A stretch of 64,000 nucleotides of DNA, from assembly GCA_038227875.1 (NCBI GenBank), contig JBBRPR010000007.1, positions 32,001-96,000 of the forward strand, read 5' to 3'. Under the pieces are notes generated by a model. That model was given only the letters and a program-made list of their open reading frames with translations. It made no database searches and was not told the origin of the DNA. Below are positions 19,439 to 29,027 of this stretch, piece by piece; position 1 is the stretch's first letter, and each line of letters begins with the position of its first letter. Origin of the DNA: Planctomycetota bacterium. GTDB taxonomy: Bacteria; Planctomycetota; SZUA-567; H5-PLA8. A program made the position numbers and the translations under genes.

Positions 19439-19999
19439 ATGAGGAGTAAGGGCTTCACACTGATTGAGCTGATGATCGTAGTCGCGATCATCGCCATTAT
19501 CGCGGCAATCGCCATCCCCAGCTTGCTGAGATCGCGAATGGCCGCCAACGAAACAGCTGCCGCCGCCGCCTGCAAGGCGTTCGCGGAAGCGCAGGAAATC
19601 TACCATCGCACGGACTATACCAAGTCCGCGGTGCTTCAGTATTCGCAGCATCTGTCGGGCGTGAACAGCTTGCTCGGCGTCAGCGGCGAACTCGCCCTGA
19701 TCGACAAGACGTTCGCCACCGCCGAAGGTCCGGCCACGTCGGCCACGCCGAAGGCTGGTTACGTCTTCACCGTCATGACCTCCCAGGCTGCCGCCGCCAC
19801 GGGTGGTGCCCGCAACTACGTCGTGAATTCGTTCATGACGCTGGGCTACGCAGTCAATGCCGTCCCGGGTGCGTGGGATAGCACGGGCCGCGATCAGTTC
19901 ATCATCAACAACAACGGTACGATCTTCCAGCAGGACACGGGCAACTCCACCCTGTTGACCCTGTTCAACCCGGACACGAACTGGGTTCCGACTCAGTGA
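19439..19999 (+). CDS. Type IV pilin-like protein (prepilin N-methylation site; DUF2950-like C-terminus)
   Basis: MRSKG/FTLIELMIVVAIIAIIAAIAIP; KAGYVF, AVPGAWDSTGRDQFIINNNGTIFQQD; strongly biased codon usage. Confidence 0.92.
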   Translation: MRSKGFTLIELMIVVAIIAIIAAIAIPSLLRSRMAANETAAAAACKAFAEAQEIYHRTDYTKSAVLQYSQHLSGVNSLLGVSGELALIDKTFATAEGPATSATPKAGYVFTVMTSQAAAATGGARNYVVNSFMTLGYAVNAVPGAWDSTGRDQFIINNNGTIFQQDTGNSTLLTLFNPDTNWVPTQ

Positions 20000-20021
20000 G
20001 ATCCGCTCGTACTGCGCTTTG

Positions 20022-20055
20022 AAAAGGACGGCCCTTCGGGGCCGTTCTTTTTTTT
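20022..20055 (+). terminator. Rho-independent terminator
   Basis: GGACGGCCC-TTCG-GGGCCGTTC followed by a T run. Confidence 0.9.
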
Positions 20056-20165
20056 ATGAATGAATAACTTATCTTCCCGCCTCTGCTTGACGCCGCGCCC
20101 ACTCCTCCTACGGTTCTGAACTATCATGACCGCTGGTTCCCAATTCCCTGGAGGAAGTTCAAGAC

Positions 20166-21512
20166 ATGGCCGGTATCTTCAAATCCTATGACGTCCGAGG
20201 CACCGTTCCCGCGCAACTCACCACCGGCGATGCGTACAAAATCGGCAAGGCCACCGCTGCATACTTGAAAGCAAAAACACTGGCCGTGGCCCGTGACGCC
20301 CGCATTCAGTCTCCGGCGATGGCTCATGCGCTGATGGCCGGCATCAATGCCGCCGGATGCGATTGCATCGATCTGGGCATGAATCCCACCCCCATGACCT
20401 ATTACGCCACAGGCGTGCTCGGCAAGCAGATTCAAGGCGCCATTCAGGTTACCGCGTCGCACAATCCCTCTCAATACAGCGGCTTCAAATTCACCCGCGG
20501 CGGCGCGCTGCCCATGAGCTACGATTCGGGCATCGGCGAGATTGAAACGCTCTTCAAGTCCGACCTGCCGGACCTCGCCAGAAAGCCGGGCAAGACGACC
20601 GTCAAGAACATGCGTGCCGGCTATGTCAAGCTCTGCAAGCAGTACGCGAATTTCAAGCGCCCGCTCAAAGTCGCCATCGACACAGGCAACGGCATTATGG
20701 GCGATATTCTTCCGGAGCTCTTGAAAGGCCTGCCGCTCAAGGTCACCCCGCTCTTCTTCAAACCCGACGGCACGTTCCCCAACCACGAAGCCAATCCGCT
20801 CAAGCTTGAAAACCTCGTCGACCTGCAGAAAGCAGTGCTCGCCAAGAAATGCGAAATCGGAGCCGCGTTCGACGGCGACGGCGACCGCGTGGCCTTCGTC
20901 GACGAAACCGGAGCAGCCGTGCCCGGCGACATCGCCGGCGCGCTGATGGCGCAGGTGCTGCTCTCGATTCCCGAAAACAAAGGTGCGACCGTCTACTATG
21001 ACGTTCGCGCCACCAAGGCCCTGCCGGAAGCAATCCGGGCCGCCGGCGGCATTGCGTTGGAATCCCGCGTCGGCCACAGCCACATCAAGAAAAACATTCG
21101 AGAGAAAAAGGCGATCATGGCCGCGGAACTCAGCGGACACTATTACTTCCGCGACTTCTTTTACTCCGATTCGGGCGAGTCGGCATTCTTCCTCGTCTTG
21201 AGCCTGCTCAGCCAGCAGGCCACACCGATGAGCGAGTTGGTAAAGCCGCTCATGCGCTATCACCACACGGGCGAAATCAACTTCGAAGTCCACGACGCCG
21301 CCAAAGCCATCGCTGCCGTCGAAGCGAAGTACGGCGCTCAGGCGAAGATCAGCCGCATCGATGGTGTCTCCCTCGACTTCGGTTCGTGGTGGTTCAACCT
21401 ACGCATGAGCAACACCGAGCCGGTCGTGCGCTTGAACCTGGAAAGTTTGACGTCGAAAGATGAGATGGAAGCGAAGAAAGCGGAAGTCTCTCAGCTCATT
21501 ACCAGCGCGTAA
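20166..21512 (+). CDS. Phosphomannomutase/phosphoglucomutase
   Basis: FKSYDVRG, TASHNP, FDGDGDR, ELSGHYYF and RMSNTEP motifs. Confidence 0.95.
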   Translation: MAGIFKSYDVRGTVPAQLTTGDAYKIGKATAAYLKAKTLAVARDARIQSPAMAHALMAGINAAGCDCIDLGMNPTPMTYYATGVLGKQIQGAIQVTASHNPSQYSGFKFTRGGALPMSYDSGIGEIETLFKSDLPDLARKPGKTTVKNMRAGYVKLCKQYANFKRPLKVAIDTGNGIMGDILPELLKGLPLKVTPLFFKPDGTFPNHEANPLKLENLVDLQKAVLAKKCEIGAAFDGDGDRVAFVDETGAAVPGDIAGALMAQVLLSIPENKGATVYYDVRATKALPEAIRAAGGIALESRVGHSHIKKNIREKKAIMAAELSGHYYFRDFFYSDSGESAFFLVLSLLSQQATPMSELVKPLMRYHHTGEINFEVHDAAKAIAAVEAKYGAQAKISRIDGVSLDFGSWWFNLRMSNTEPVVRLNLESLTSKDEMEAKKAEVSQLITSA

Positions 21513-21576
21513 TGAGGGTGGAGCATGCATGGATGACCCCAGGGACAGCTGCCCCTGAGGGTGAAATTCGAGCTCG

Positions 21577-22719
21577 TTACTTGCCGAAGACGTCGCGAAT
21601 CGCATTGACGTACGCATCGCCGGTCACCGTGTCCGGCAACAGGTAACTGCCTTCGGTCCATTCGTTCCACGCGTTGATCGTCAGAATGCGCTGCTTCACG
21701 TCCGGGCCTTCGAGGAACGATTTGGCTTTCTGCAGCGCCGTTTTAAATGCCTCCGGCGTGTTGCCATCGAGCATCGCCATCCACGGGTAGCCGCGATTTT
21801 CAAACGTGTCGCTCTGAATGGTGCGCGGCGACGAATCCCAACCCATCGACACGTTTGGATGGTACGGCACCGGGAACAGTTTCAAATTCTCGCCCCAGAC
21901 CTGCGCGTTGCGTTCGAAGGCTTTCTGGTAGCTGCTCTTCGGGAAGCCGACGCTGTGCGCATCGAAATGATGTACCCAGCAGTAGCTCCCGACGCTGGTG
22001 ATGTCGAGCAGTTCGATCACCTGAGCCGGATTGGAGAGTTTCACTTCGCTGGGCAGCACCTGCACGCCCCACGTAATGCCATTGAGATGGATGTCGAAGC
22101 CCTTCTTCGCCGCGCGCGCCCGGAATCCGTCAATGGCCTTGCGCGCCGCGTCAACGCCCCCGATCCCGGCGATGAACGTACCCATCTCGTAAATCGAAAA
22201 GTAGACCGCGTTGTCGATGCGCCAGTAGTTCGACCGTGGGAAGTATTCGTTGATCGCGTGGTCGGTCAGCCGTTCAAACGCCACAGCCGAAACGCGCCCC
22301 GGAGCCATCAGCTCAGGCTTGTTGGTGAACTTGGAGGGATGAATGTTGAGCCAATCGTGATTGGCCCACATCAGCGCGAACTTCATGCGCGTGTTGTTCT
22401 TCGCTTTCAGGAAACCACTTTCTAGTCCGTGCTCGAGAAACGGGCCGTCTTCGTACCAGTACCAGTCGTAGATGAAACAATCGAGCGCATGGTCGGCCGC
22501 ATAATCGATCTCGCGCGCCGTCCATTCAGGATTTGCCTCGTCGAAGTAACCCCACGCCGGAACAATCGGCTGACGATGCCCCGGAAAGCGCGGCCGCGCG
22601 GCTTTGACCAGATCCCATTCGGTCCAGCCTTTGCCGTGCCACTTGTCGTTGCGCGGATCGGGATGGTATTGCGGAAAGTAGTACGCTGCGACCGTGAAAT
22701 CCCGACTCATCCCGCTCAT
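21577..22719 (-). CDS. Glycoside hydrolase family 99-like / WbsX family protein
   Basis: AYYFPQYH, GWTEW, FALMWANH, MGWDSSPR and INAWNEWTEGSYL motifs. Confidence 0.88.
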   Translation of the reverse strand: MSGMSRDFTVAAYYFPQYHPDPRNDKWHGKGWTEWDLVKAARPRFPGHRQPIVPAWGYFDEANPEWTAREIDYAADHALDCFIYDWYWYEDGPFLEHGLESGFLKAKNNTRMKFALMWANHDWLNIHPSKFTNKPELMAPGRVSAVAFERLTDHAINEYFPRSNYWRIDNAVYFSIYEMGTFIAGIGGVDAARKAIDGFRARAAKKGFDIHLNGITWGVQVLPSEVKLSNPAQVIELLDITSVGSYCWVHHFDAHSVGFPKSSYQKAFERNAQVWGENLKLFPVPYHPNVSMGWDSSPRTIQSDTFENRGYPWMAMLDGNTPEAFKTALQKAKSFLEGPDVKQRILTINAWNEWTEGSYLLPDTVTGDAYVNAIRDVFGK

Positions 22720-22737
22720 CCCCCGCCCACCTTTGTC

Positions 22738-24552
22738 TCAGTTACCTGGCTTCTTTGCTCCAATGAGCTTGTCTGCGATTCCACGTATTGCATCCGGTCT
22801 GGTAATCGGCAACGAACATCGGAGGTTGGCGCAAACAAACGCCACTACGTCTTTCCGGTCCGGATATTCAATGCCACCAGGATTGGGCAGCGGCCCTTCC
22901 GATCGGTCATACCATTCCACTCGCCGGTACGGCGCACCATAGCTGAGCGCCGACTTGAACATCGCTTTCGCCACCTCGTCGCTCTTGGAGCCGACGACGA
23001 CTAGGTGTACCGGTTCGTTCTTCTTCGACAACTCGTAATCGGCCATCAAAACCGCTGCGGCCGGAAGCCGATTGGCAATCTCGGGCGCCGTCAGAAACTT
23101 AAACGCTCGGTCTGACAATTCGCGGTACTCTTTCTTGCCTGTGTAATAGAAGAGCAGATTTCCAAAGCGCGCCGCGTCGACGTTCTCCTCGCGCAGTGGC
23201 CGCTGCGGAGCCAGCAAGCCGTTGGCCGGCGGCACTACCGTCGCCAGGCCCGCTTCGCTGCCTGAAAATGTTTTCGCGATGTACCCGGCGGTCTCCTCCG
23301 CATGCGCCAGCCACGCGCGGTCGCCGCTCACCGCATACAAGCTCAAGAACGCCTGAGCCATCGCCAGCGAATCGCTGAGGTACGGGCCGCTCACGTCTTT
23401 CTCGTCGTGCCGGAATCCGCCGCCGGGAAGCGCGCGGTTGGCCTGGACCCACTTCGCCGCCTTGATCGCGCGCTCCAAATACTGCGCATCGCCGGTCGCC
23501 GAATATAACTGGCACACCGCCGCAATCGCCCAGCCGTTGTCGCGGGAGTACACATGCCTGTCGATGCGCGGCATGCCCACTTTCCGGCGGCCCGCATCGT
23601 CCAGCTTGAAGTACTCCGCACTGTGCTCGCCCTGCACCACGTCCGCATCCTGGCTCACGTAAAACGCGCCATCGGGGCTGCTCAGAAACGTGTTGAGGTA
23701 CTTGTAAATATCCTGCGCCGCTTTCAGGTACGCCGGGTCGCCGTACTTCTGAAATCCCAGCGCAAACAGCCGCAGATTCGGAGCTTCGTGCTGCATGATC
23801 TTTTCGAAGTGCGGCTCGTCCCACCTGCCACCGGTTGAGTACTGATACACGCCGCCCCAGACCGGATCGATCAGCGCCAATTGCGCCGTCAGATTGCCCT
23901 TCGCCATCGCGTCCGATTCCGCATCGCCCTTCAGCATGCAGTATTCGACGCTGTCCCATTGCAGATACTTGTGCGAAAAGCCCCAGCCCTGATTGACCTT
24001 GTCGTAGCGACTCAGATGATCGGCTTCGAGCTGCTTTCGCAATTCTTCCGGCAGCGCTCCGGAGTTCTGAAATCGCAGCTCCGGCGCAGCCTGAACGGAC
24101 GGCCCCGGCGACGGATCGTCGATGATCGCTTGAAGAATGCTGGCCATCGGCTTGGGCGGAATGTACGCCGAACGGATGATGATCTCTTTGCCGTCCTCAC
24201 CGAACACCACTGTCGCGGGCCAGCCGTAATCTTCGTAGCGATTGGACAGATCGGGCCGCGAGTCCTGATCGACGCGCACCGCGATGTAGCGCGACTTCAT
24301 CAGGCGGATCACGTCGGGATCCTTGTACGTCACTTCCGCCATCACGTGGCACCAGTGACACCACACCGCTTCCAGGTCGAGCAAAACGAATTTGTGTTCC
24401 TTTTTTGCGCGCGCGAAAATGTCATCCGACCACTTTTCCCAGACGATGCCATCCTTGTCGGGGGCAGCCTCTTCGCCGGCTTTCAATTCAGAAATGGAAG
24501 TGAATGAAAACATCAGTCCGCATACCAACAGCAATGGCCACAAACCACGCAT
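22738..24552 (-). CDS. Exported thioredoxin-domain protein (DUF255/YyaL-like)
   Basis: Signal peptide; WCHWCHVM, GWPAT, PHFEK and GAFYVSQDAD motifs. Confidence 0.9.
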   Translation of the reverse strand: MRGLWPLLLVCGLMFSFTSISELKAGEEAAPDKDGIVWEKWSDDIFARAKKEHKFVLLDLEAVWCHWCHVMAEVTYKDPDVIRLMKSRYIAVRVDQDSRPDLSNRYEDYGWPATVVFGEDGKEIIIRSAYIPPKPMASILQAIIDDPSPGPSVQAAPELRFQNSGALPEELRKQLEADHLSRYDKVNQGWGFSHKYLQWDSVEYCMLKGDAESDAMAKGNLTAQLALIDPVWGGVYQYSTGGRWDEPHFEKIMQHEAPNLRLFALGFQKYGDPAYLKAAQDIYKYLNTFLSSPDGAFYVSQDADVVQGEHSAEYFKLDDAGRRKVGMPRIDRHVYSRDNGWAIAAVCQLYSATGDAQYLERAIKAAKWVQANRALPGGGFRHDEKDVSGPYLSDSLAMAQAFLSLYAVSGDRAWLAHAEETAGYIAKTFSGSEAGLATVVPPANGLLAPQRPLREENVDAARFGNLLFYYTGKKEYRELSDRAFKFLTAPEIANRLPAAAVLMADYELSKKNEPVHLVVVGSKSDEVAKAMFKSALSYGAPYRRVEWYDRSEGPLPNPGGIEYPDRKDVVAFVCANLRCSLPITRPDAIRGIADKLIGAKKPGN

Positions 24553-24690
24553 GCTTCAGCCTCCAGAAATAACCGCGCGAAAGCGTTCATAGTGCACCAG
24601 CGCACAGACGCCAGTGAAGCGCAGTTAAAGGATGGATGTAGTGGACGGTGGAAAATGTTTCTTAAATATGGTTGAGCAACGACGCTCGAT

Positions 24691-25464
24691 TCATTTCTCC
24701 ATATCTGCTTGCAAGCGCAGCATGCTACCCTGAGTTACAGTAATGAACCCGCGGCGAGGCCGATCGATATCGAGGATCACCGTCAGCACCACCGCGATCA
24801 AGAATGCGAAGATCGCCGTCGACCCGGCCCGGCGTTTCCCCGTGAGCCCCGCGCCATAGGCAATGAAACCGAGAGCCGCGATTGAATTGATAAACAACAG
24901 GTAAATTACAATCTCGGGTACGTGATTCTCCAGCGCCACCCGGTGCGTTTCGCTCACGTCAATCATCGCGTTCACGGCCTGGACAAACAGACTCCCAGAA
25001 ATCGGAGTCGGACTTTGTACGGACGCGGCGGCAGTCGCCTTCCAAATCTGGCTCTGCGTGCGTGATACCGCGGCGAACGCGGCATCCAGGCGCTCCTGGT
25101 CCGCACCGGCTTCGGCACACGCCAGGCGCTGCGCTACGTACACCTTGAGCAGGTCCGACAATTCCTTCTGCTGGGGATTGGGCAGGAGCTGCACGCGCAG
25201 ATAGACCGTGCCGATCGCGTTCGCCTCATCCACGACCAGCGATTTGCGAGTGTCAAAGCGCGTCACGGCCATGGAGAACGTAAAGCCAAACAAAAGCGCA
25301 AGCAACCCGAGCAGGGCTGCTTGCAGCGCGTTGATATGGCCAATTAACGTACTGTCGTTGTGTTCGCGGTGACGAAAGCCGAGTCGAAAGGTAAGTTCAA
25401 TGACGATCAGGAAAGCGGCATACGCCAGAACCAGAATCAGAAATTCGTTGGTAGCCCAGAGCAT
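24691..25464 (-). CDS. DUF4239-like membrane protein
   Basis: LLGLLALLFGFTFSMA..R, EANAIGT.YLR and ILDIDRPRRGFI motifs. Confidence 0.85.
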   Translation of the reverse strand: MLWATNEFLILVLAYAAFLIVIELTFRLGFRHREHNDSTLIGHINALQAALLGLLALLFGFTFSMAVTRFDTRKSLVVDEANAIGTVYLRVQLLPNPQQKELSDLLKVYVAQRLACAEAGADQERLDAAFAAVSRTQSQIWKATAAASVQSPTPISGSLFVQAVNAMIDVSETHRVALENHVPEIVIYLLFINSIAALGFIAYGAGLTGKRRAGSTAIFAFLIAVVLTVILDIDRPRRGFITVTQGSMLRLQADMEK

Positions 25465-25574
25465 CTCAGCACCAGTACTTCCTCGAGAAACGCCCGCAAC
25501 GGCACATCGGCGTTTTTCCCGGCAGACCAGCGTTCAGGCACACAACCGAATCAAGTCCGATGCAACGTTCAACT

Positions 25575-26528
25575 TCAGGCTTTGGGATGGGCCGTCAGGT
25601 AAATATCCTTCAACCGCGACGGCGTGAGATGCGTGTAAACCTGCGTCGTCGAGAGACTGGCGTGGCCGAGCAACTCTTGAACACTGCGCAGATCGGCGCC
25701 GCGCTCCAGCAGATGCGTGGCATAACTGTGGCGGAGCGTGTGCGGCGTAGCGCCCGGGGGCAGGCCGGCTTCAGCCAACCTCTTCACCAGGATGCGACGC
25801 ACGCTACGAACGTCCAACCGCGTGCCAAATCGATTTACAAAAATCGGCGAGGTCGGAATGGCTTCCGACGCGGGCAAATCCGTCCGGCCATTGGCCGCTT
25901 CCAACCGGCGCAACAACCAGCCGTGCAATGCCTGCATGGCGCAGTTTCCAACTGGAAGCATTCGTTCCTTCTTGCCCTTGCCGCGAACCTTGAGGAGCCC
26001 GCGCTCCTGATCCACGTCTTCCATGTTCGCGCCAACCAGTTCCGACACGCGAACACCTGCGCCATAGAGCAATTCGAGAATGCAGCGGTCGCGTATATCG
26101 AGCCAGTGAGCCCCACTGACCGATTCAACCAGCGTGCGCACTTCCGATTCCGAAAGACATTTCGGCAGCGTGCGCGGCATCTTGGGATTGTGGATGCCTT
26201 CCAGCGGTGAATTTTCAACCAGCTTGCGCTTCACCATGAATTTGTAAAAGCTGCGCAGCCCCGACAGGCGACGACCCAGCGTCCGCTTGCTCGTACCCTT
26301 GGAATTCTGGTCGGCGAGAAAGGCGCGGAGGCGGTTGCGTTCGACGTTCTGCGGAAAGCTGATGATGTCGCCGCGTTCTTCAAGGAAGTTGACGAACGCA
26401 GAGAGGTCTTCCGAATACGCTTTAATCGTATGCGGTGAGCAGCCACGTTCGTTGGTGAGGTAGGTGAGGAAGAGATCCACAAACTTCTCGGACCCGTTTC
26501 CCCCCCGGGACGGTTCGCGTTCGATCAT
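25575..26528 (-). CDS. xerC: Tyrosine recombinase XerC
   Basis: SPHTIKAY, LYGAGVRVSEL, GKGKKER, HTLRHSYATHLLERGADLRSVQELLGHASLSTTQVY. Confidence 0.88.
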   Translation of the reverse strand: MIEREPSRGGNGSEKFVDLFLTYLTNERGCSPHTIKAYSEDLSAFVNFLEERGDIISFPQNVERNRLRAFLADQNSKGTSKRTLGRRLSGLRSFYKFMVKRKLVENSPLEGIHNPKMPRTLPKCLSESEVRTLVESVSGAHWLDIRDRCILELLYGAGVRVSELVGANMEDVDQERGLLKVRGKGKKERMLPVGNCAMQALHGWLLRRLEAANGRTDLPASEAIPTSPIFVNRFGTRLDVRSVRRILVKRLAEAGLPPGATPHTLRHSYATHLLERGADLRSVQELLGHASLSTTQVYTHLTPSRLKDIYLTAHPKA

Positions 26529-26595
26529 GTAGAATCAATCGGCGCGATCTCTGAGCAGCTTGATCGAAATCCGTATAACGGCACTTCAAAAGTAT

Positions 26596-26712
26596 AAATT
26601 CAAAATTCAAAAACGCACGCGTTGGGGATGTGATTCAAACAAAAAGACGCACCAACGTGTGTCAGGAGCAAGCGGCGCGCGTTTTGAATTTTCACTTTTG
26701 AATATTGAAATT
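26596..26712. repeat. AT-rich heptamer inverted-repeat element
   Basis: AAATTCAAAATTCAAAAACGCACGC arm paired with GCGCGCGTTTTGAATTTTCACTTTTGAATATTGAAATT. Confidence 0.55.
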
Positions 26713-26715
26713 CGT

Positions 26716-26991
26716 TCAGCGCATACCGCGAAGAATCGCCGCAGCCGTGATCTTGTCTTTGACGTGAACCTTCTCCGTCGAGATCGGCGACGATCCGGTC
26801 ATCTGCGGATGCTTGGCCGCCGCCTGGCCGGAATACTCCAGCTGCGCCTCGCCCTTCGAAATGGCTTCAATCAAATTCCAGTGCTTATGTTCATCGCCCG
26901 CGGACACATGCATCTCATGCGCCTGCATCGTGACCCGTACGCCCATCAAGAACGCACTGAACATCGCGTTTTCCGCTTCGTCTCTCGTCAT
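26716..26991 (-). CDS. Hypothetical protein
   Basis: 91-aa ORF with AGGAG upstream; no recognised motif. Confidence 0.6.
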   Translation of the reverse strand: MTRDEAENAMFSAFLMGVRVTMQAHEMHVSAGDEHKHWNLIEAISKGEAQLEYSGQAAAKHPQMTGSSPISTEKVHVKDKITAAAILRGMR

Positions 26992-27206
26992 TTCTCAAAA
27001 TCTCCTGCTGATACTTCTAAGCGAAAACGCGGACGGAGCAAACCCACATCGACGACGGATCCATGCTTAAATGCGTACACGCATATTTAGCGGTGATGCG
27101 AAATTGGGAAAACTTTTATCATTCTTTGCGCGTGACACCGGAATAGCCACACCGTTCGATGGCACTACACGCTATGGGACCGGGCAGGTTGCGAGGATCG
27201 GAAACC

Positions 27207-27554
27207 ATGAAGATCATTATTGTCGACCGGCACGCCAGCAGCGCCGAACTGCTGCGCGTGACACTCAGCAGCCGCGGTTATCCAACTATTGTCGTCGAGG
27301 ACGCGAAGGACGGACTGGCCGCAGTGCGAGCGCACTGGCCCGATGTGGTGATCTTGGACCATGATGTGCCTGGCTTCCCGGCAGGACAATTCATCAAAAC
27401 AACGCGCACGATTGTTCCGGATGTGGACATCCTGCTGCTGTCGGAATCTCCGAATATCGCCGATATCGCGCAGGGATTATCCGTACGCTATGTCTCGAAA
27501 CCCTGTCACCCCACGCACGTACTCGGGCTGTTGCCGGCCGTGGCGAAGCATTGA
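27207..27554 (+). CDS. Single-domain response regulator
   Basis: MKIIIVD, PDVVILD phosphoacceptor, and SKP. Confidence 0.85.
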   Translation: MKIIIVDRHASSAELLRVTLSSRGYPTIVVEDAKDGLAAVRAHWPDVVILDHDVPGFPAGQFIKTTRTIVPDVDILLLSESPNIADIAQGLSVRYVSKPCHPTHVLGLLPAVAKH

Positions 27555-27566
27555 TTCTGCCGCGGA

Positions 27567-28217
27567 TCACACTTTGATTTGCGCCAGCGAGCCAATCAGG
27601 AGCGCCGTGACCTGGTAGAAATTCGTATGCGCACGCCTCAACAACGCATCGCCGATCGGCGGCACCCAGACCGACAAATGGGCTCGCGTGAAGGATACGC
27701 AGCGGTGCCGTTTGATCGAAAGGTCTTCCGCTGAAACCGCATTAGCCAGATCCGACCAGAGTTGCGACGCGATCCCCAGCGCAGCGGAGACATGATCGCA
27801 GGGAGAACCCATCCGGTACGCGCAGTACCAGTCGCCAAACGGACAGGGCTTGCCCGACTCCAGCGTACACGCTTCTTGATTGAGCTGGTCTGGATCGCAA
27901 TGCTTTGAAGCCCAGGGTTGAATGTTCACTTGGCTCATGGGGTTCAGGAGTTCATGATATTCGCGCCAGACCGCTCGGTAATACTCTTCGTCATTCTGCG
28001 CGCGTTCCAGTTCCCGCGAGAGCAGCAGACCCACTTGCGCGGTGGGCACTTTGCTGTCGGGCAGCACAGACAGTCCGTCGTTTAATTCCTTCAGCAGAGT
28101 TGCCGTTGGCGACTGACTCAGTAGTTCCGCAGCGATTCCAAACAGCATGGCGTGCATGGCATGTACCGAGGAAACTTCCAGAGTTTGAGAAAGCTGCAGT
28201 CCGTGCTGGGTTTTCAT
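27567..28217 (-). CDS. Hypothetical protein with a Cys/His-rich cluster
   Basis: 216-aa ORF, SD GGAGG; HC..C..CP..YC..PCDH. Confidence 0.55.
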   Translation of the reverse strand: MKTQHGLQLSQTLEVSSVHAMHAMLFGIAAELLSQSPTATLLKELNDGLSVLPDSKVPTAQVGLLLSRELERAQNDEEYYRAVWREYHELLNPMSQVNIQPWASKHCDPDQLNQEACTLESGKPCPFGDWYCAYRMGSPCDHVSAALGIASQLWSDLANAVSAEDLSIKRHRCVSFTRAHLSVWVPPIGDALLRRAHTNFYQVTALLIGSLAQIKV

Positions 28218-28501
28218 GGCTCGATGCCTCCGCTAGTTGCGAAATGCAGCGCAGTCGATGTGCCATTCCAACAATGCCGCAAGATCCTGCAACGAATTGT
28301 TTATTCGGCAGTTGCAAGATTATCTAAAATTCGGATCTGGGCCGATCTGAGAAACCATTCCGATTCATGCAAAACAATTTCAAATGCGAATTAATGCAGG
28401 TATGACCGCGCGAACACGCGAGACGCGACTTGATGAAAGACAGTCTGCTTGCATAATGTCGATTACGAAGATTACATTCCGACGTCAGCCCTGCAACATC
28501 C

Positions 28502-28541
28502 GCCATCTTAGCTCAGCGGTAGAGCAACGGTTTTGTAAACC
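28502..28541 (+). repeat. Left att site: 40-bp copy of the 5' half of tRNA-Thr(TGT)
   Basis: GCCATCTTAGCTCAGCGGTAGAGCAACGGTTTTGTAAACC is identical to 41500-41539. It continues ACCGTAGG and then diverges, with no T-arm or acceptor 3' strand. Confidence 0.95.
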
Positions 28542-28632
28542 ACCGTAGGCACTTTATGTATACTTTCAAAGTCTTACTTCATAGGTAAACGGCGTTCAAC
28601 GCTTTCAATAACTTTACTCCGACTTTCGCAAA

Positions 28633-28654
28633 ACCACCTCACAACCGCCTCACA
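28633..28654 (+). repeat. Putative integrase arm-type sites (left)
   Basis: ACCACCTCACA-ACCGCCTCACA, matching the tandem ACCGCCTCACA copies at 41432 and 41444. Confidence 0.7.
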
Positions 28655-28765
28655 CGATTACCTACGGTTTTCGCAGCGGGAATACGTGCCCGGCGTCCGT
28701 GCTTCCAGGCGGCCGGTGCGCCTGTAGGACTTGCCGGGCGCGTCGGCTGTGATAAAACTCGAACC

Positions 28766-28990
28766 ATGAGCCAACAAGGGACACTTATCGAATTTCTGAG
28801 AGCACAAGGACTGAGCGAGTTGCACGCGAAGGTGATGAGGGTGCGGTTCTACGAATGGATGAGTAAAAGCGGGAGGATGCCAGATTCAGTCGGCAGCGCT
28901 CTGCGCGCGCATACATACGCCTTCAAGAATCTTGAGGGACCGTGGGCGGAGTACCAGGCCATGAGGGCAGCGCGCGGCCGCAAGCCATAG
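28766..28990 (+). CDS. Hypothetical protein (element)
   Basis: 74-aa ATG ORF convergent with the late genes. Confidence 0.5.
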   Translation: MSQQGTLIEFLRAQGLSELHAKVMRVRFYEWMSKSGRMPDSVGSALRAHTYAFKNLEGPWAEYQAMRAARGRKP

Positions 28991-29027
28991 TTTTACTGCG
29001 CCACTCCTCACCGCCCCTACTGCTGGT

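Noticed and set aside
25575..26528. XerC as the integrase of the element
   Set aside because: It lies 2 kb outside the att repeat and has canonical chromosomal XerC motifs; the element has its own integrase.
28502..28575. A second functional tRNA-Thr, or a split/intron-containing tRNA
   Set aside because: No T-arm or 3' acceptor strand follows; it is explained as the att duplication.
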